Shown: positions 47,438 through 56,889 of the stretch, one piece after another
Position numbering within the stretch: position 1 is the first letter of the stretch
Layout of the letters: every line of letters starts with the position of its first letter
Assembly: GCA_025059375.1 (NCBI GenBank)
Contig: JANXDO010000002.1
Location: forward strand, 64,966 to 128,965
Reading direction: 5' to 3'
Length of the DNA stretch: 64,000 bases
From: Candidatus Nezhaarchaeota archaeon
GTDB lineage: Archaea > Thermoproteota > Methanomethylicia > Nezhaarchaeales > WYZ-LMO8
Made by a program: the position numbers and the translations under genes
Notes under the pieces: model-generated
What the model saw: the letters and a program-made list of their open reading frames with translations, nothing else
Told to the model about the DNA's origin: nothing
Database searches by the model: none

Positions 47438-48389
47438 TTCCCCTCTCAGTTATTAAGTAGCTAGCTGTTGCACCATATGGTAGCGCTGGGCTATCTAAGA
47501 CTGTGATTGACCCTTTAAGTAGACCCCTCTCGCTCCTACTCGACATTAGGAGTCTGTGCGTCGTTGCATGTGCCAGAGTCGTCCCGCCAGTCGGCTTTAT
47601 CCTATCTGTAAAGCTTGTAAACGCTACTGGTACCTCCATGACTGGAGTTGTGATGACCACTATCACCTCATACATCCTAGCTATCCTTATGAGCCAATCC
47701 AGTACGTAGCCGAGCCTACTTTGCCTCAAGGCTAAGCTCTCTCTACCAGAATACTCTGTTCTAAACCTAGACATTAGAGAATCGACGACAACTAACTTAA
47801 CATTGCTCTCCTCTATAGCTTTCACTAGGTCAGACATAACTACATGGAGCAAGTGATCTGTGTTCATGACGTCTATGACGTAGATGCAGTTCAAAGCTTC
47901 TCTTGAATCCAAACCAAACCTCTCAGCTACCACCTTGACCCTATCAGCATGGAAGGTCCCTTCGGCATCCATGAAGTAACATTTGCCATCAAGGCCACCT
48001 CTATTAACTGATAGTTGAACTGTAACTGAGAGCTGAAGACATAGCTGCGTCTTTCCCGCCCCCGGCTGGCCACAAAGTTCATACAAGGCTCTAGGTCTCA
48101 ACCCACCTCTAAGCAAGCTGTCTATGCTCTTAACGCCGGTAGTCAGCTGTTGTGGAGAGCTCCATACAGCATGCTCTGATGCTCTTATCGCCCTGATTGG
48201 CATGAAGATGCTTCTAGCATGAGCAAGCGCTCTCCTCAAAGCCCTCTCGTCAGCTTCAACAATGTTTAAGAGCTCATCGACATTAAATAGTGAGAGGTGT
48301 TTAGCTGAGCAGATGCCCGCGCTACGAAGCTTTTCAGCCGTCTTAGGGCCTATTCCGTCCAGGTCCTCTAGCTTAACTTCGCTCTTCAT
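47421..48389 (-). CDS. radA: DNA repair/recombination protein RadA (Rad51/RecA family) with an N-terminal HhH domain
   Basis: It carries the HhH segment LEDLDGIGPKTAEKL and Walker A GQPGAGKTQLCLQLSVTVQL. The blocks VVDSLMSRFRTEYSGRESLALRQ…MYEVIVVITTPV closely parallel Sulfolobus RadA. Confidence 0.75.
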   Translation of the reverse strand: MKSEVKLEDLDGIGPKTAEKLRSAGICSAKHLSLFNVDELLNIVEADERALRRALAHARSIFMPIRAIRASEHAVWSSPQQLTTGVKSIDSLLRGGLRPRALYELCGQPGAGKTQLCLQLSVTVQLSVNRGGLDGKCYFMDAEGTFHADRVKVVAERFGLDSREALNCIYVIDVMNTDHLLHVVMSDLVKAIEESNVKLVVVDSLMSRFRTEYSGRESLALRQSRLGYVLDWLIRIARMYEVIVVITTPVMEVPVAFTSFTDRIKPTGGTTLAHATTHRLLMSSRSERGLLKGSITVLDSPALPYGATASYLITERGIEDAH

Positions 48390-48723
48390 GTTCTAGAGAC
48401 CTCAACTCACTGATTAAGGCGTTAATGATGGCGCTAGCTCTAGAGGCAAGGTTGAGGCACGACTCCACGCTATCACTGCTTATTAGTGTTATCATTGACT
48501 GGCACGACTCCATGATCTCCTGAAACTCTAAGAGATCGTAATCCTCGATGAACAGGGTTATCTCATGATCGGCCCTCTTAGGCTGCAACCTTATCTCTCG
48601 CTTAACTCTCCACCGACCATTAGAGCTGTAGAATGTTAAGTGGACTGAGTAAACACCTTTACTTGATGCCGCTACATTCCACTTGAGACTACATCCTCTC
48701 CTATCGATCCTCATGTCAGCCAC
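48373..48723 (-). CDS. hypothetical protein
   Basis: This 116-aa ORF overlaps both neighbours. Confidence 0.3.
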   Translation of the reverse strand: MADMRIDRRGCSLKWNVAASSKGVYSVHLTFYSSNGRWRVKREIRLQPKRADHEITLFIEDYDLLEFQEIMESCQSMITLISSDSVESCLNLASRASAIINALISELRSLEHEERS

Positions 48724-49988
48724 CCCTCAAGCACTTCAAGCTCCTCTATCGCACTTAGCCCCTTGGGAGTGATCTTGAGCCAGTACTTGCCGTCAGCACC
48801 AACAACCTCGCTTGCAAGGCCGTGGATTATCAGGGAGTTTATGAGCCTTGATGCTTCTAGCGATGTTATGTCTAGTTTATGCATGGCGTAGGAGATGGTA
48901 GAGTCCCTCGTGGACGCTCCATCTCTTAGGAAGCTAAGGACGTCGTAAGCCATCTTTGCCCTATCGCCTAGCTTAACGTAGAGCATTGGCTTGGGGGTCT
49001 CCTTAGGCGGTCTTATCGTCTCCTCCACCTTAGCCTTCTCAAGCCGCTCGAGCGGTACTTCAACTATCCCACTTGAAGTCGTAAGCTTGTAGGCATGCCT
49101 CTCTCTATTGTTGAGGAGGCTAACTGCACGATTACCAATTAATCCCTTAATGTATCTCAAGTCTTCTAAGGTTGATGGCGCCCCCATTATTGTCATGTGT
49201 GCTTCAGCTCTTAAGCTAATGGGCAAGCTGGTCACGCTCCTCGAGGAAATTATCACAGTTGAGCCCCCTCTTGCCAGCTTGAAGATCACATCGACAATGA
49301 GCTTCCAGGCTGATCCGGCGAAGTTGAGTAGGAAGTCTACGTCTCGCACTTCCACGATACCTTTAAAGCCCTCTATGCATAAGCGTCTAAGCAGGATTAT
49401 CGCCATGATTGAGGCGTAGTGCGGGGGTAATCCGGACATTATTACCGCTGATGACCCCTTGGGCAACTCTATTGAACTTTGACATGCAGCTCCTAGCCTC
49501 CCCCTACTCATAGACTCTAAGAGTTCAATGAGCACAATGGAGTCTTGCCCCCTCAACTCTGTGGTCTCCACCTCAACAGCTGAAAGTACATCCTCAACAC
49601 TCGGATCGCGTTTACTTGAATACAGTCTTAGCAGGGCTCTCCTTAACACCGAGACTTGAGCCACATTTAGTTCGAAGATCCCTTTAAACATCTCAGACAA
49701 GAAATGAGAGTGAGCGAACTTTTCACCGGAGAGGCTGAAGATGTTTAAGTGGATGTTGAAGCCTGGATGAAGAGCTTGAGCCCAGCAAGGGGTCTCATCG
49801 GAGTATGGCGATATGATCACTGAGTTCATGGAGCCTACCGCCTGTTCGATTATGTGAGCAGCGACATTAGGGCTCCACCTACCGCCTATGATTATCGTGT
49901 CCGCCTCAGCCATGTCAATTGTAAGCTTATTTAAAGTGGTCTCTGCATCTGGGTCTACCATCCACCCGACTTCAACTAGGACTTTCAT
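48711..49988 (-). CDS. hypothetical protein with a C-terminal winged-HTH; no Walker A motif found
   Basis: It is 425 aa. The C-terminal …ISYAMHKLDITSLEASRLINSLIIHGL… is wHTH-like. Confidence 0.35.
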   Translation of the reverse strand: MKVLVEVGWMVDPDAETTLNKLTIDMAEADTIIIGGRWSPNVAAHIIEQAVGSMNSVIISPYSDETPCWAQALHPGFNIHLNIFSLSGEKFAHSHFLSEMFKGIFELNVAQVSVLRRALLRLYSSKRDPSVEDVLSAVEVETTELRGQDSIVLIELLESMSRGRLGAACQSSIELPKGSSAVIMSGLPPHYASIMAIILLRRLCIEGFKGIVEVRDVDFLLNFAGSAWKLIVDVIFKLARGGSTVIISSRSVTSLPISLRAEAHMTIMGAPSTLEDLRYIKGLIGNRAVSLLNNRERHAYKLTTSSGIVEVPLERLEKAKVEETIRPPKETPKPMLYVKLGDRAKMAYDVLSFLRDGASTRDSTISYAMHKLDITSLEASRLINSLIIHGLASEVVGADGKYWLKITPKGLSAIEELEVLEGWLT

Positions 49989-50608
49989 GCCACAACACCT
50001 CTAACGGCCTTTACGAGCTCATCGAATTCGAGGACTTGAAGCTCTGACTTAGGTAGCCTAGCCTTCACGGCACTCATTGCTGCTGTAAGCCCCCTCATTA
50101 CCTCGTCCACCACGGTCCTTACTGTATCAGCAAAACTGTTCTCGAGTAACCTTCGAGACTTGACCATTATCATGAAGCTCGCTTCTTCAGTTCCTCGCCT
50201 CGAAATTATGAGGTGCCCCTCAAACCCAGATCTTGCAGTTGCATCCACCGCACTTAGTAGCTCAGCGACTTTGCCCCCTCCCAACGACTTAACTTCGATG
50301 CAACCTAGGCCCAAGGCCTCAAGACCATTCTTCACAACTAAAACTGGTCCAACACCATCCATCTCGTATACTTGGATGTCCCCTACAACTGATACTGATT
50401 TTTGGTTGACGACTTTAGATGACCTCTTAGGCCACTTAAAGCTCTTTACAAGCCTGTAAAGCCATCTTCCAACTTTGTAAGCTACGTAAGCGCTGATTGG
50501 GATTAAGAGCCACGGTATTAAGGCTGATAATAGTAATAGCAACAATAATAACAATAGTGTCTTTAGCGAGCCTCTTCCATATTTAGAGCTTGCGAGCTCC
50601 ACGTTCAT
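49985..50608 (-). CDS. N-terminally membrane-anchored hypothetical protein with a poly-Leu TM segment
   Basis: It carries …TLLLLLLLLLLSALIPWLLIPISAYVAY…. The Leu run is encoded by TTA/TTG repeats. Confidence 0.35.
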   Translation of the reverse strand: MNVELASSKYGRGSLKTLLLLLLLLLLSALIPWLLIPISAYVAYKVGRWLYRLVKSFKWPKRSSKVVNQKSVSVVGDIQVYEMDGVGPVLVVKNGLEALGLGCIEVKSLGGGKVAELLSAVDATARSGFEGHLIISRRGTEEASFMIMVKSRRLLENSFADTVRTVVDEVMRGLTAAMSAVKARLPKSELQVLEFDELVKAVRGVVA

Positions 50609-50661
50609 GGAGCATCAAACTGACCGCATGCTAGCTAGAGTTAGACTTTTAGCTCGGCAGC

Positions 50662-51399
50662 TTGCCCCCCTATGACATTAAGGGTACAACGCAGAAGTGT
50701 ACACCTCTGCAACTTTGTGGGGGCGTTACAGAAATTAAGTTGAGCGAAGATAAGTTGTTAAGTGAATTGACCTTGTTTAGCAGCGAGAAGCTCAGGACAT
50801 TGGAAGTTATAGCTAAAGAGATAGTTGAGTGTAAGAAATGTAGGTTATGGTATACGAGAAATAGAGCGGTCCCAGGCGATGGGAATTCAAATGCCGATGT
50901 GATGTTAATTGGTGAGGCTCCAGGGTACAATGAAGACTTAGAGGGAAGACCATTTGTCGGCGCTGCTGGCAAGCTTTTAGATAAGCTCTTAAGCATTGCA
51001 GGGATTGTTAGGAATGAGGCTTACATAACCAATGTTGTGAAGTGTAGGCCGCCCAGTAATAGGGATCCATTACCTGATGAGATAGATGCATGCTCAGTTT
51101 ACCTTGATAGGCAAGTTATGATCATAAGTCCTAAGCTGATAGTCTGCCTCGGAAAGCACTCAACTGACTACGTTTTAAGAAGAGGTGGAGCCAAAGCCCG
51201 CTTTAGACATGGATTGAGCATGATCGCGGTTAGGGGTCAAGTATTCTCGATAAACTATCAGGGATTGAGGACCTTAGCTATACCAACATATCATCCAGCC
51301 GCGGCCCTATATAACCCGAAGATCAAGGAGGACTTAATAGAGGACTTTAAAACTATAGGCAGGGTGCTTATGGATGTGAGAGGAGGGCGCTTGACTTAG
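50662..51399 (+). CDS. udg: family-4 (thermophilic, Fe-S) uracil-DNA glycosylase
   Basis: It carries [23 protein letters not shown] and an upstream CKKC cluster ligand. The length fits. Confidence 0.75.
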   Translation: MPPYDIKGTTQKCTPLQLCGGVTEIKLSEDKLLSELTLFSSEKLRTLEVIAKEIVECKKCRLWYTRNRAVPGDGNSNADVMLIGEAPGYNEDLEGRPFVGAAGKLLDKLLSIAGIVRNEAYITNVVKCRPPSNRDPLPDEIDACSVYLDRQVMIISPKLIVCLGKHSTDYVLRRGGAKARFRHGLSMIAVRGQVFSINYQGLRTLAIPTYHPAAALYNPKIKEDLIEDFKTIGRVLMDVRGGRLT

Positions 51400-51477
51400 C
51401 TTTTATTAAGTTAAACATAATTATTAGTCCATAGAGTAGCTTACGGGATGATGAGGAAGGGATGAGGAGAAGACGTC

Positions 51478-52257
51478 ATGTTCGAAATACGCGGGTCTGA
51501 CCGGCCCTGTGATGCTTTAGTAACATTCGATAAGCGCACGTTCTTTATTGCTGGCGGAGGCTTCTTTGGCTCACTCGCATTAAAGGACTTTAATCATAAA
51601 GTTAGAGTTATCATTGCCGACATGAATGAACAATGTGCAGCTAGGGGGCTTGTTGAAACTGTCATTAAGCTTGAAGATCTTAGACGTGAGAACTTAAAGA
51701 TTCACAGGACAATATTAGTTGTTGGAGATGCCTCAGAGACTCTTAGAAGGATTGTGAATTTTGGATTTGCTCCTAAGATAGTGATTCCAGCCATTCCGAG
51801 GCATTTCGCAGCCGATTTCTATAAGCGTGAGCTTGAAGCCAGGGGGTTTAAGGTCTATGCGTCAAATAAGACTTTAGAGAGGGCTTTAAGCGTCTTCAAC
51901 AACGACTTAATATTGAGTTTAGACTTTAAGGATGCTACTTTCACTTCTAGCTACATGCCGAGTAACGTTAGATGTATGCTGTCGTGCACGCAGCCTAACA
52001 TATGTCCAGTTACAGGTCGCTATAAGCCTAAACCCATGATGCAATTAATAGAAGAGTGTGTAGGGAGTATCGTCAAGTCCATTGTCTTGAGAGTCACGAG
52101 GATTGGAACGTTCGTGGGGGGATTCGAGCTTCCAGCTCTATGGAACTTTGTAAGCGATAGCTCTAGAAAGGCGCTGAACGATGAAGTTGAAGTTGCTTTG
52201 GCAACAGCTTGTAGGTGTCATGGTGTGGCTAGCTTTTTTAGAATTGTTCGATGTTAA
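51478..52257 (+). CDS. hypothetical protein (GGGFFG Rossmann-like motif)
   Basis: This is a 259-aa ORF with no confident family call. Confidence 0.3.
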   Translation: MFEIRGSDRPCDALVTFDKRTFFIAGGGFFGSLALKDFNHKVRVIIADMNEQCAARGLVETVIKLEDLRRENLKIHRTILVVGDASETLRRIVNFGFAPKIVIPAIPRHFAADFYKRELEARGFKVYASNKTLERALSVFNNDLILSLDFKDATFTSSYMPSNVRCMLSCTQPNICPVTGRYKPKPMMQLIEECVGSIVKSIVLRVTRIGTFVGGFELPALWNFVSDSSRKALNDEVEVALATACRCHGVASFFRIVRC

Positions 52258-53327
52258 GCTATACCTATTGGTGGCATCTCAACTTCGGGCTCACTCTTCA
52301 CACTGATACCCTTCTTAGTGAGACCTAGCTTAGCAACGACCTCGAGCTTTAGCTTGCCTTCACTTACATGTGATACCTCTAAGTAGCCATCCTTCACTGC
52401 ATTCATTAATATCATCTCGCCGAGCTTAGTTCTTACAATGACCGTAGACCAACCTTGGGGTGCTCCAACCGCTCCAACTGACACGTCAGCCATCTCAGCT
52501 GCAAAGTCACCACAATTCTTTTTGCAGCCAGTCATGCAGTTTTCTAGCTCCTTTAGAGGTACCTTTAGAATCTCAGATCCATCCTTATTTATAACTATGA
52601 ACTTGCCTCTCGTAATCTCGAACTTCTTTACCTCCTCAATCTTTACACCCTTACTCCATAAGTACCTCAAGAAGCGTTCAAAGTGCATGCTCTCCATGCA
52701 GAATATACCTATTGTGAAGGCTACTGCGTGACCCAATTTAAGGTAGCCACGATCGCTGTACATCATCTTCCTTATGGCCCTAATGTGGCATGGAACGCCA
52801 ACTACAGCAACTCTACGCTTATCCATTTCCATAACAGCACTGGCTAATGCCTGAACCACTGGGCTCGACGTGTACTTGGTCCCAGCAGCATCAATTATCT
52901 CTTCCTTAGTTGTCGCTACGTGAGGGTAAGCTTCCCAAACAAAGGTAGCGCAAGTTACTATGGCGGCATCAATTATCCTCTTATCCATTAAGTACAAGAG
53001 GAGACTGGTTACAGCACCACCTTTGTAAGCCCTCTCGAGTATAGCTGGAACTTTAGATCGAGCAATGTAGGCATCCCTAAAGTGTCCTATTCCTTCCACG
53101 TAGTGCCCCCCATGAATTAACCTTGCAAACTCTGGATCTTCAAGTGGCTCGGTCTGAGGGCAATGGGCATAGCAGAATCCGCACTTCTCACAGCTACCCA
53201 CTAAATAGTGTCTACCACCTCTAATCGTGATAGCAACGACAGGGCAAGTAGCAACACAAGCACCACATAGAGAGCAATAGCCTTTATCTATAACATCTCT
53301 AACCAATTCTTCAAAGCTCTTATTCAA
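52254..53327 (-). CDS. F420-dependent oxidoreductase subunit of the FrhB/FpoF/FdhB family with an N-terminal 2x[4Fe-4S] ferredoxin domain
   Basis: N-terminal CSLCGACVATCP and CEKCGFCYAHCP are present. The FrhB blocks AGTKYTSSP, GVPCHIRA, GIFCMES and ADVSVGAVGAPQGWSTVIVRT match FrhB as recalled. Confidence 0.65.
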   Translation of the reverse strand: MNKSFEELVRDVIDKGYCSLCGACVATCPVVAITIRGGRHYLVGSCEKCGFCYAHCPQTEPLEDPEFARLIHGGHYVEGIGHFRDAYIARSKVPAILERAYKGGAVTSLLLYLMDKRIIDAAIVTCATFVWEAYPHVATTKEEIIDAAGTKYTSSPVVQALASAVMEMDKRRVAVVGVPCHIRAIRKMMYSDRGYLKLGHAVAFTIGIFCMESMHFERFLRYLWSKGVKIEEVKKFEITRGKFIVINKDGSEILKVPLKELENCMTGCKKNCGDFAAEMADVSVGAVGAPQGWSTVIVRTKLGEMILMNAVKDGYLEVSHVSEGKLKLEVVAKLGLTKKGISVKSEPEVEMPPIGIA

Positions 53328-53824
53328 GCAAAATCACCAGCTCTAATCCTCCTTATAAGAGGGAAAGTAAATTTAAATATTTACAGTGATCGAATTTTAA
53401 GATACGTTAAAAATCGACGTTTGCATGCTCCTCACGTCTGTTTAGCTCTTAGAAGCGCACAGAATTCCCACTACTAAGTGTGCAGCTCAAAGTGAGTACA
53501 GTATGGACGTGGTCTCGCTACGCTTCTCAAGCTCTTAACTAGATTTCGCTATTAAACTATTAATCTCCATTCCTGCTTGCCCACTGAGCATCAAGCCCTA
53601 TTGGGTACCAAGTCTAGAGAGACTAGAAGGAGAGGGCTTATTGAGCCAATAGTTGTTAGTAAGTCTTAAGGTAAGCCCCCTTATCCTGAAGGTCAAGACC
53701 TTTGTAAGGCCGAGCAGTGGTTTAAAGCGTTCATGGTGTAACCACCATAACTTGAGAATTTACGTCCATGTGGATGATGAAGCTCATGCTAAAGATTCGC
53801 TCCCTTGATGAGGTACCTTAATAA

Positions 53825-54403
53825 ATGCTCCCTGCAATACACCACTTGGGTTGTGGCTTGAACGGAAGCGAGGAGAGTAAGGGGGAGCTTAAGAGCTTGG
53901 CTTCAGACTTTAGTGTTTTAAGTAATCCTGTTAGGTTGAAGTTGCTAATGAAGGTCCATGAGCGAGGTTCCTGCACATTAAAGGAGCTAATAGATGAGGT
54001 TCAGCGTGATGAGAGCACCATCAAGAGGCATGTAAAGGAGCTCATTGAGCGCGGCTTCTTGGCTAGGAGTGATGATAAGAGGCCTAAGTACTACGTTACC
54101 GACAAGGGGATCTTAGCGATAACGTTCCTCAAGGTGGGGGCCGAGCCATCAATAATGCGAAGACCAGGAGAAGGAGTTGAGTCTAAAGTTGAGTTGAGGA
54201 CGAGAGGTAAGGGGTTGTTGTCCAACCTAGCTTACAGCTTAAGGAGGATGACTATTAGGAAGGCAGTCGCGTACTCATTATCAATTGGCTGTGTAATAGT
54301 GGGCTTACTCGGTTTCTTAACCAACGTCGAGGTCTTATTTAAGATACTATGGTTGTTGATGTGGCTTATCATTGCCTACATACTTAAGGTGCTCGCTTCT
54401 TAG
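53825..54403 (+). CDS. ArsR-family HTH regulator with a C-terminal transmembrane tail
   Basis: It carries VLSNPVRLKLLMKVHERGSCTLKELIDEVQRDESTIKRHVKELIERGFL. The last ~50 aa are hydrophobic. Confidence 0.5.
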   Translation: MLPAIHHLGCGLNGSEESKGELKSLASDFSVLSNPVRLKLLMKVHERGSCTLKELIDEVQRDESTIKRHVKELIERGFLARSDDKRPKYYVTDKGILAITFLKVGAEPSIMRRPGEGVESKVELRTRGKGLLSNLAYSLRRMTIRKAVAYSLSIGCVIVGLLGFLTNVEVLFKILWLLMWLIIAYILKVLAS

Positions 54404-54417
54404 ATTCGTTTAATCGA

Positions 54418-55602
54418 TTACTGTAAGTGTTTAATCCTCCTCAAGACGGCCTCAATCCTCTTAGTCCCCTCTTCAATATTGGATTTTGATGTTGCGTAGC
54501 AGAACCTTAAGTAACCTTCACCGTTTGGGCCGAACGTTGAGCCTGGGACTGTTGCCACGCGAGCCTCATTTAGTATTAGCTCAGCTAGTTCTGCAGACTT
54601 TAGACCAAGCTCCTTGATGTTGGCAAACACGTAGAAGGCTCCCTTTGGAGGTTTTGCTTTAAAGCCATAGATTTTGTTTAAACGTTCAACCATGAGGAGC
54701 CTACGGCTATCGTACTCCTTAATCATATAATCAATAAACTTCTTAGTCTCTGGACTTCTAAGACCCTCTAGCGCTGCCATTTGTGATATGCTTGGAGCAT
54801 GGACAACTGTAAACTGTTGAAGCTTCACCATCTCGTCTATCAATCTTTTGCTTGCAGCAACATAACCTATCCTCCAGCCACACATAGCGAAGGTCTTCGA
54901 GAAGGCGTTTACCGTCACCGCAAGCTCCTCCATACCAGGTATTGAAGCTATGCTGTAGTGCTTAGCTCCATCGTAGACGAGCTTCTCGTAGACCTCATCC
55001 GAGATCACGTAGATCCCGTGGTCCATTGCTATCTCCGCTATCCCCTTGATGTCGCTATATTCTAGGACCGCACCTGTCGGGTTGTGGGGGGTGTTTATGA
55101 ATATGCACTTAGTCCTTGGTGTTACTAGCTCATTAACCTTCTCGGGGAGCATTCTGAAGTCATCCTCTTCTCTTAGTGGAACCCTAATGGGCTTCCCTCC
55201 AGCAATGTGAGTAACGGCCTCATATATCACGAAGCCTGGATCTGGGATTAACACCTCGTCTCCTGGCTCAACTATGACGAGTGTTGAGAGCAGGAGGCCA
55301 GCCGATGCGCCCACCGTGACCATGACTTCATCGGCCGCAACGTCAATGTTGTTCTCAAATCTAAGCTTCTCAGCTATAGCACCCCTCAACTCTGGATAGC
55401 CAGCATTAGGTGTGTAGTGGGTATAACCTAAATCGAGAGCCTTCTTGCCGGCCTCCTTTAAATGTAGTGGCGTATCAAAATCTGGCTCACCAATTCCAAA
55501 GTTTATAACACCTGACATCTTTTGAGCTAAGTCGAATAGTCTTCTAATGCCTGAGATCGTTATCGCCTTGGTTCTAAAGCTTAATTCTCTAGGGGCTTTC
55601 AA
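54418..55602 (-). CDS. PLP-dependent class I aminotransferase (aspartate aminotransferase-like)
   Basis: It carries the Lys-containing motif SKTFAMCGWRIGY and NPTG. It is 394 aa. Confidence 0.8.
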   Translation of the reverse strand: MKAPRELSFRTKAITISGIRRLFDLAQKMSGVINFGIGEPDFDTPLHLKEAGKKALDLGYTHYTPNAGYPELRGAIAEKLRFENNIDVAADEVMVTVGASAGLLLSTLVIVEPGDEVLIPDPGFVIYEAVTHIAGGKPIRVPLREEDDFRMLPEKVNELVTPRTKCIFINTPHNPTGAVLEYSDIKGIAEIAMDHGIYVISDEVYEKLVYDGAKHYSIASIPGMEELAVTVNAFSKTFAMCGWRIGYVAASKRLIDEMVKLQQFTVVHAPSISQMAALEGLRSPETKKFIDYMIKEYDSRRLLMVERLNKIYGFKAKPPKGAFYVFANIKELGLKSAELAELILNEARVATVPGSTFGPNGEGYLRFCYATSKSNIEEGTKRIEAVLRRIKHLQ

Positions 55603-55723
55603 GGCTTAATCCCCACTCAAAGAGTACTTTCATAAAGAGGTTGCTGAGCACTATTAAAGTTATTTGCTTATTGTCGGGTGGCTACTTCAATGCTAGCGTA
55701 ATGCTAATGTGGAGCGAATAAGA

Positions 55724-56764
55724 TCATGGTATTGGCTTCACATAGTCCATTCCACGAGCTTCCGGAGAGCCTATAAGAAGTCTATAGTGGCTTAGCCCTT
55801 CACGCTTAAATACGGCCTCTACCTTGCCTCTAGCCTCAAACTCTTCCCCCTCATCCACGATACCCATGTATAGACCCTCATAGCTACATAACTCTGTTAA
55901 GCCTTCAACTCTATTACCTTCATAAAATCCTAGAACCTCTATCCTCCACCTTGATGGCATGAAAAGTGAGTCTCTGGAGTCAACCACAACCCCTCTGATC
56001 GTTGCAAGCCCAAGTGGTTTATACTTGAACTCTCCAAATACTTCGCTTACTTCATGCTCCTTCTTCACTGGGTGGATTGAGAACTCTTTGCCCTTAAATA
56101 GCCCCCTATTCCACTTTCTAGAGGAGATTATTTCAGCATCACGTTTAGAGAGGTGGAAGAGTCTCTGCCTCCTCTCGAGAAGTTCAGCGAGTCTATTGTG
56201 AGGTAGTGCACTGATATCCTTACGAGGTGCATGGTATAGTCTCAAAAGGGCCTCCTTAACTCTCAACGCGTTCTCCTTACCATAAATCACTAAGTCTATG
56301 TCCGAGAATGGCCTATGTATGTTTATCAGTATGGACCCCGTTACGCCCAAATCGCTCATAAACACTCCAGCTTCATCAGTTATTAATTTTGCTAGCTCAG
56401 CTACCATCCCCTCTAGCTGATCTCTAGGCTTCTCGATTATCTTTTGAAGCCTTTCTTCAGGTTTATAGTGTTCCCGAATTCTATTCGTTGAGACCGTGGA
56501 CATCTCCACACCTAGCTCTTCAAGGAATTTAACGTAGTAGGGACTGTACTGCTTAAGGTAGCTTATGGTGTCGAGCAGCATTGGGACCGTGTAGTAAGGC
56601 AGTGCTCTCTTAAACCTTCTATTCCCACTACCCCACTCGCCCTCCGGGCTTGGGATGTACTTTAAATATGCTATCACGCTATCTCTTGGATGTACATTCC
56701 CCACGACCGTGAAGAATAGGCCTTCAAGTGTCTCGATGTAGTCTCTATCCCTAAAGCTCCTCAA
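55724..56764 (-). CDS. predicted nucleotidyltransferase (Pol-beta superfamily fold)
   Basis: It carries the GS…DxD motif GVTGSILINIHRPFSDIDLVIYG. Confidence 0.35.
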   Translation of the reverse strand: MRSFRDRDYIETLEGLFFTVVGNVHPRDSVIAYLKYIPSPEGEWGSGNRRFKRALPYYTVPMLLDTISYLKQYSPYYVKFLEELGVEMSTVSTNRIREHYKPEERLQKIIEKPRDQLEGMVAELAKLITDEAGVFMSDLGVTGSILINIHRPFSDIDLVIYGKENALRVKEALLRLYHAPRKDISALPHNRLAELLERRQRLFHLSKRDAEIISSRKWNRGLFKGKEFSIHPVKKEHEVSEVFGEFKYKPLGLATIRGVVVDSRDSLFMPSRWRIEVLGFYEGNRVEGLTELCSYEGLYMGIVDEGEEFEARGKVEAVFKREGLSHYRLLIGSPEARGMDYVKPIP

Positions 56765-56889
56765 GTTAAAGCACCGCTCACTTAGCTGAAGATCATGCTA
56801 ATAAAGCTTGTAGCCTTTTATAACCCTACTTGCTGAGAGCTAATAAATTTCAAGTTTTAGATCTTTACTAGTCTATCTGAGGGTCCAAC

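Noticed and set aside
50507-50548. TTATTG/TTATTA codon repeat (a microsatellite-like stretch)
   Set aside because: It encodes the poly-Leu transmembrane segment of the 49985..50608 protein. It is a coding low-complexity region, not an independent repeat element.
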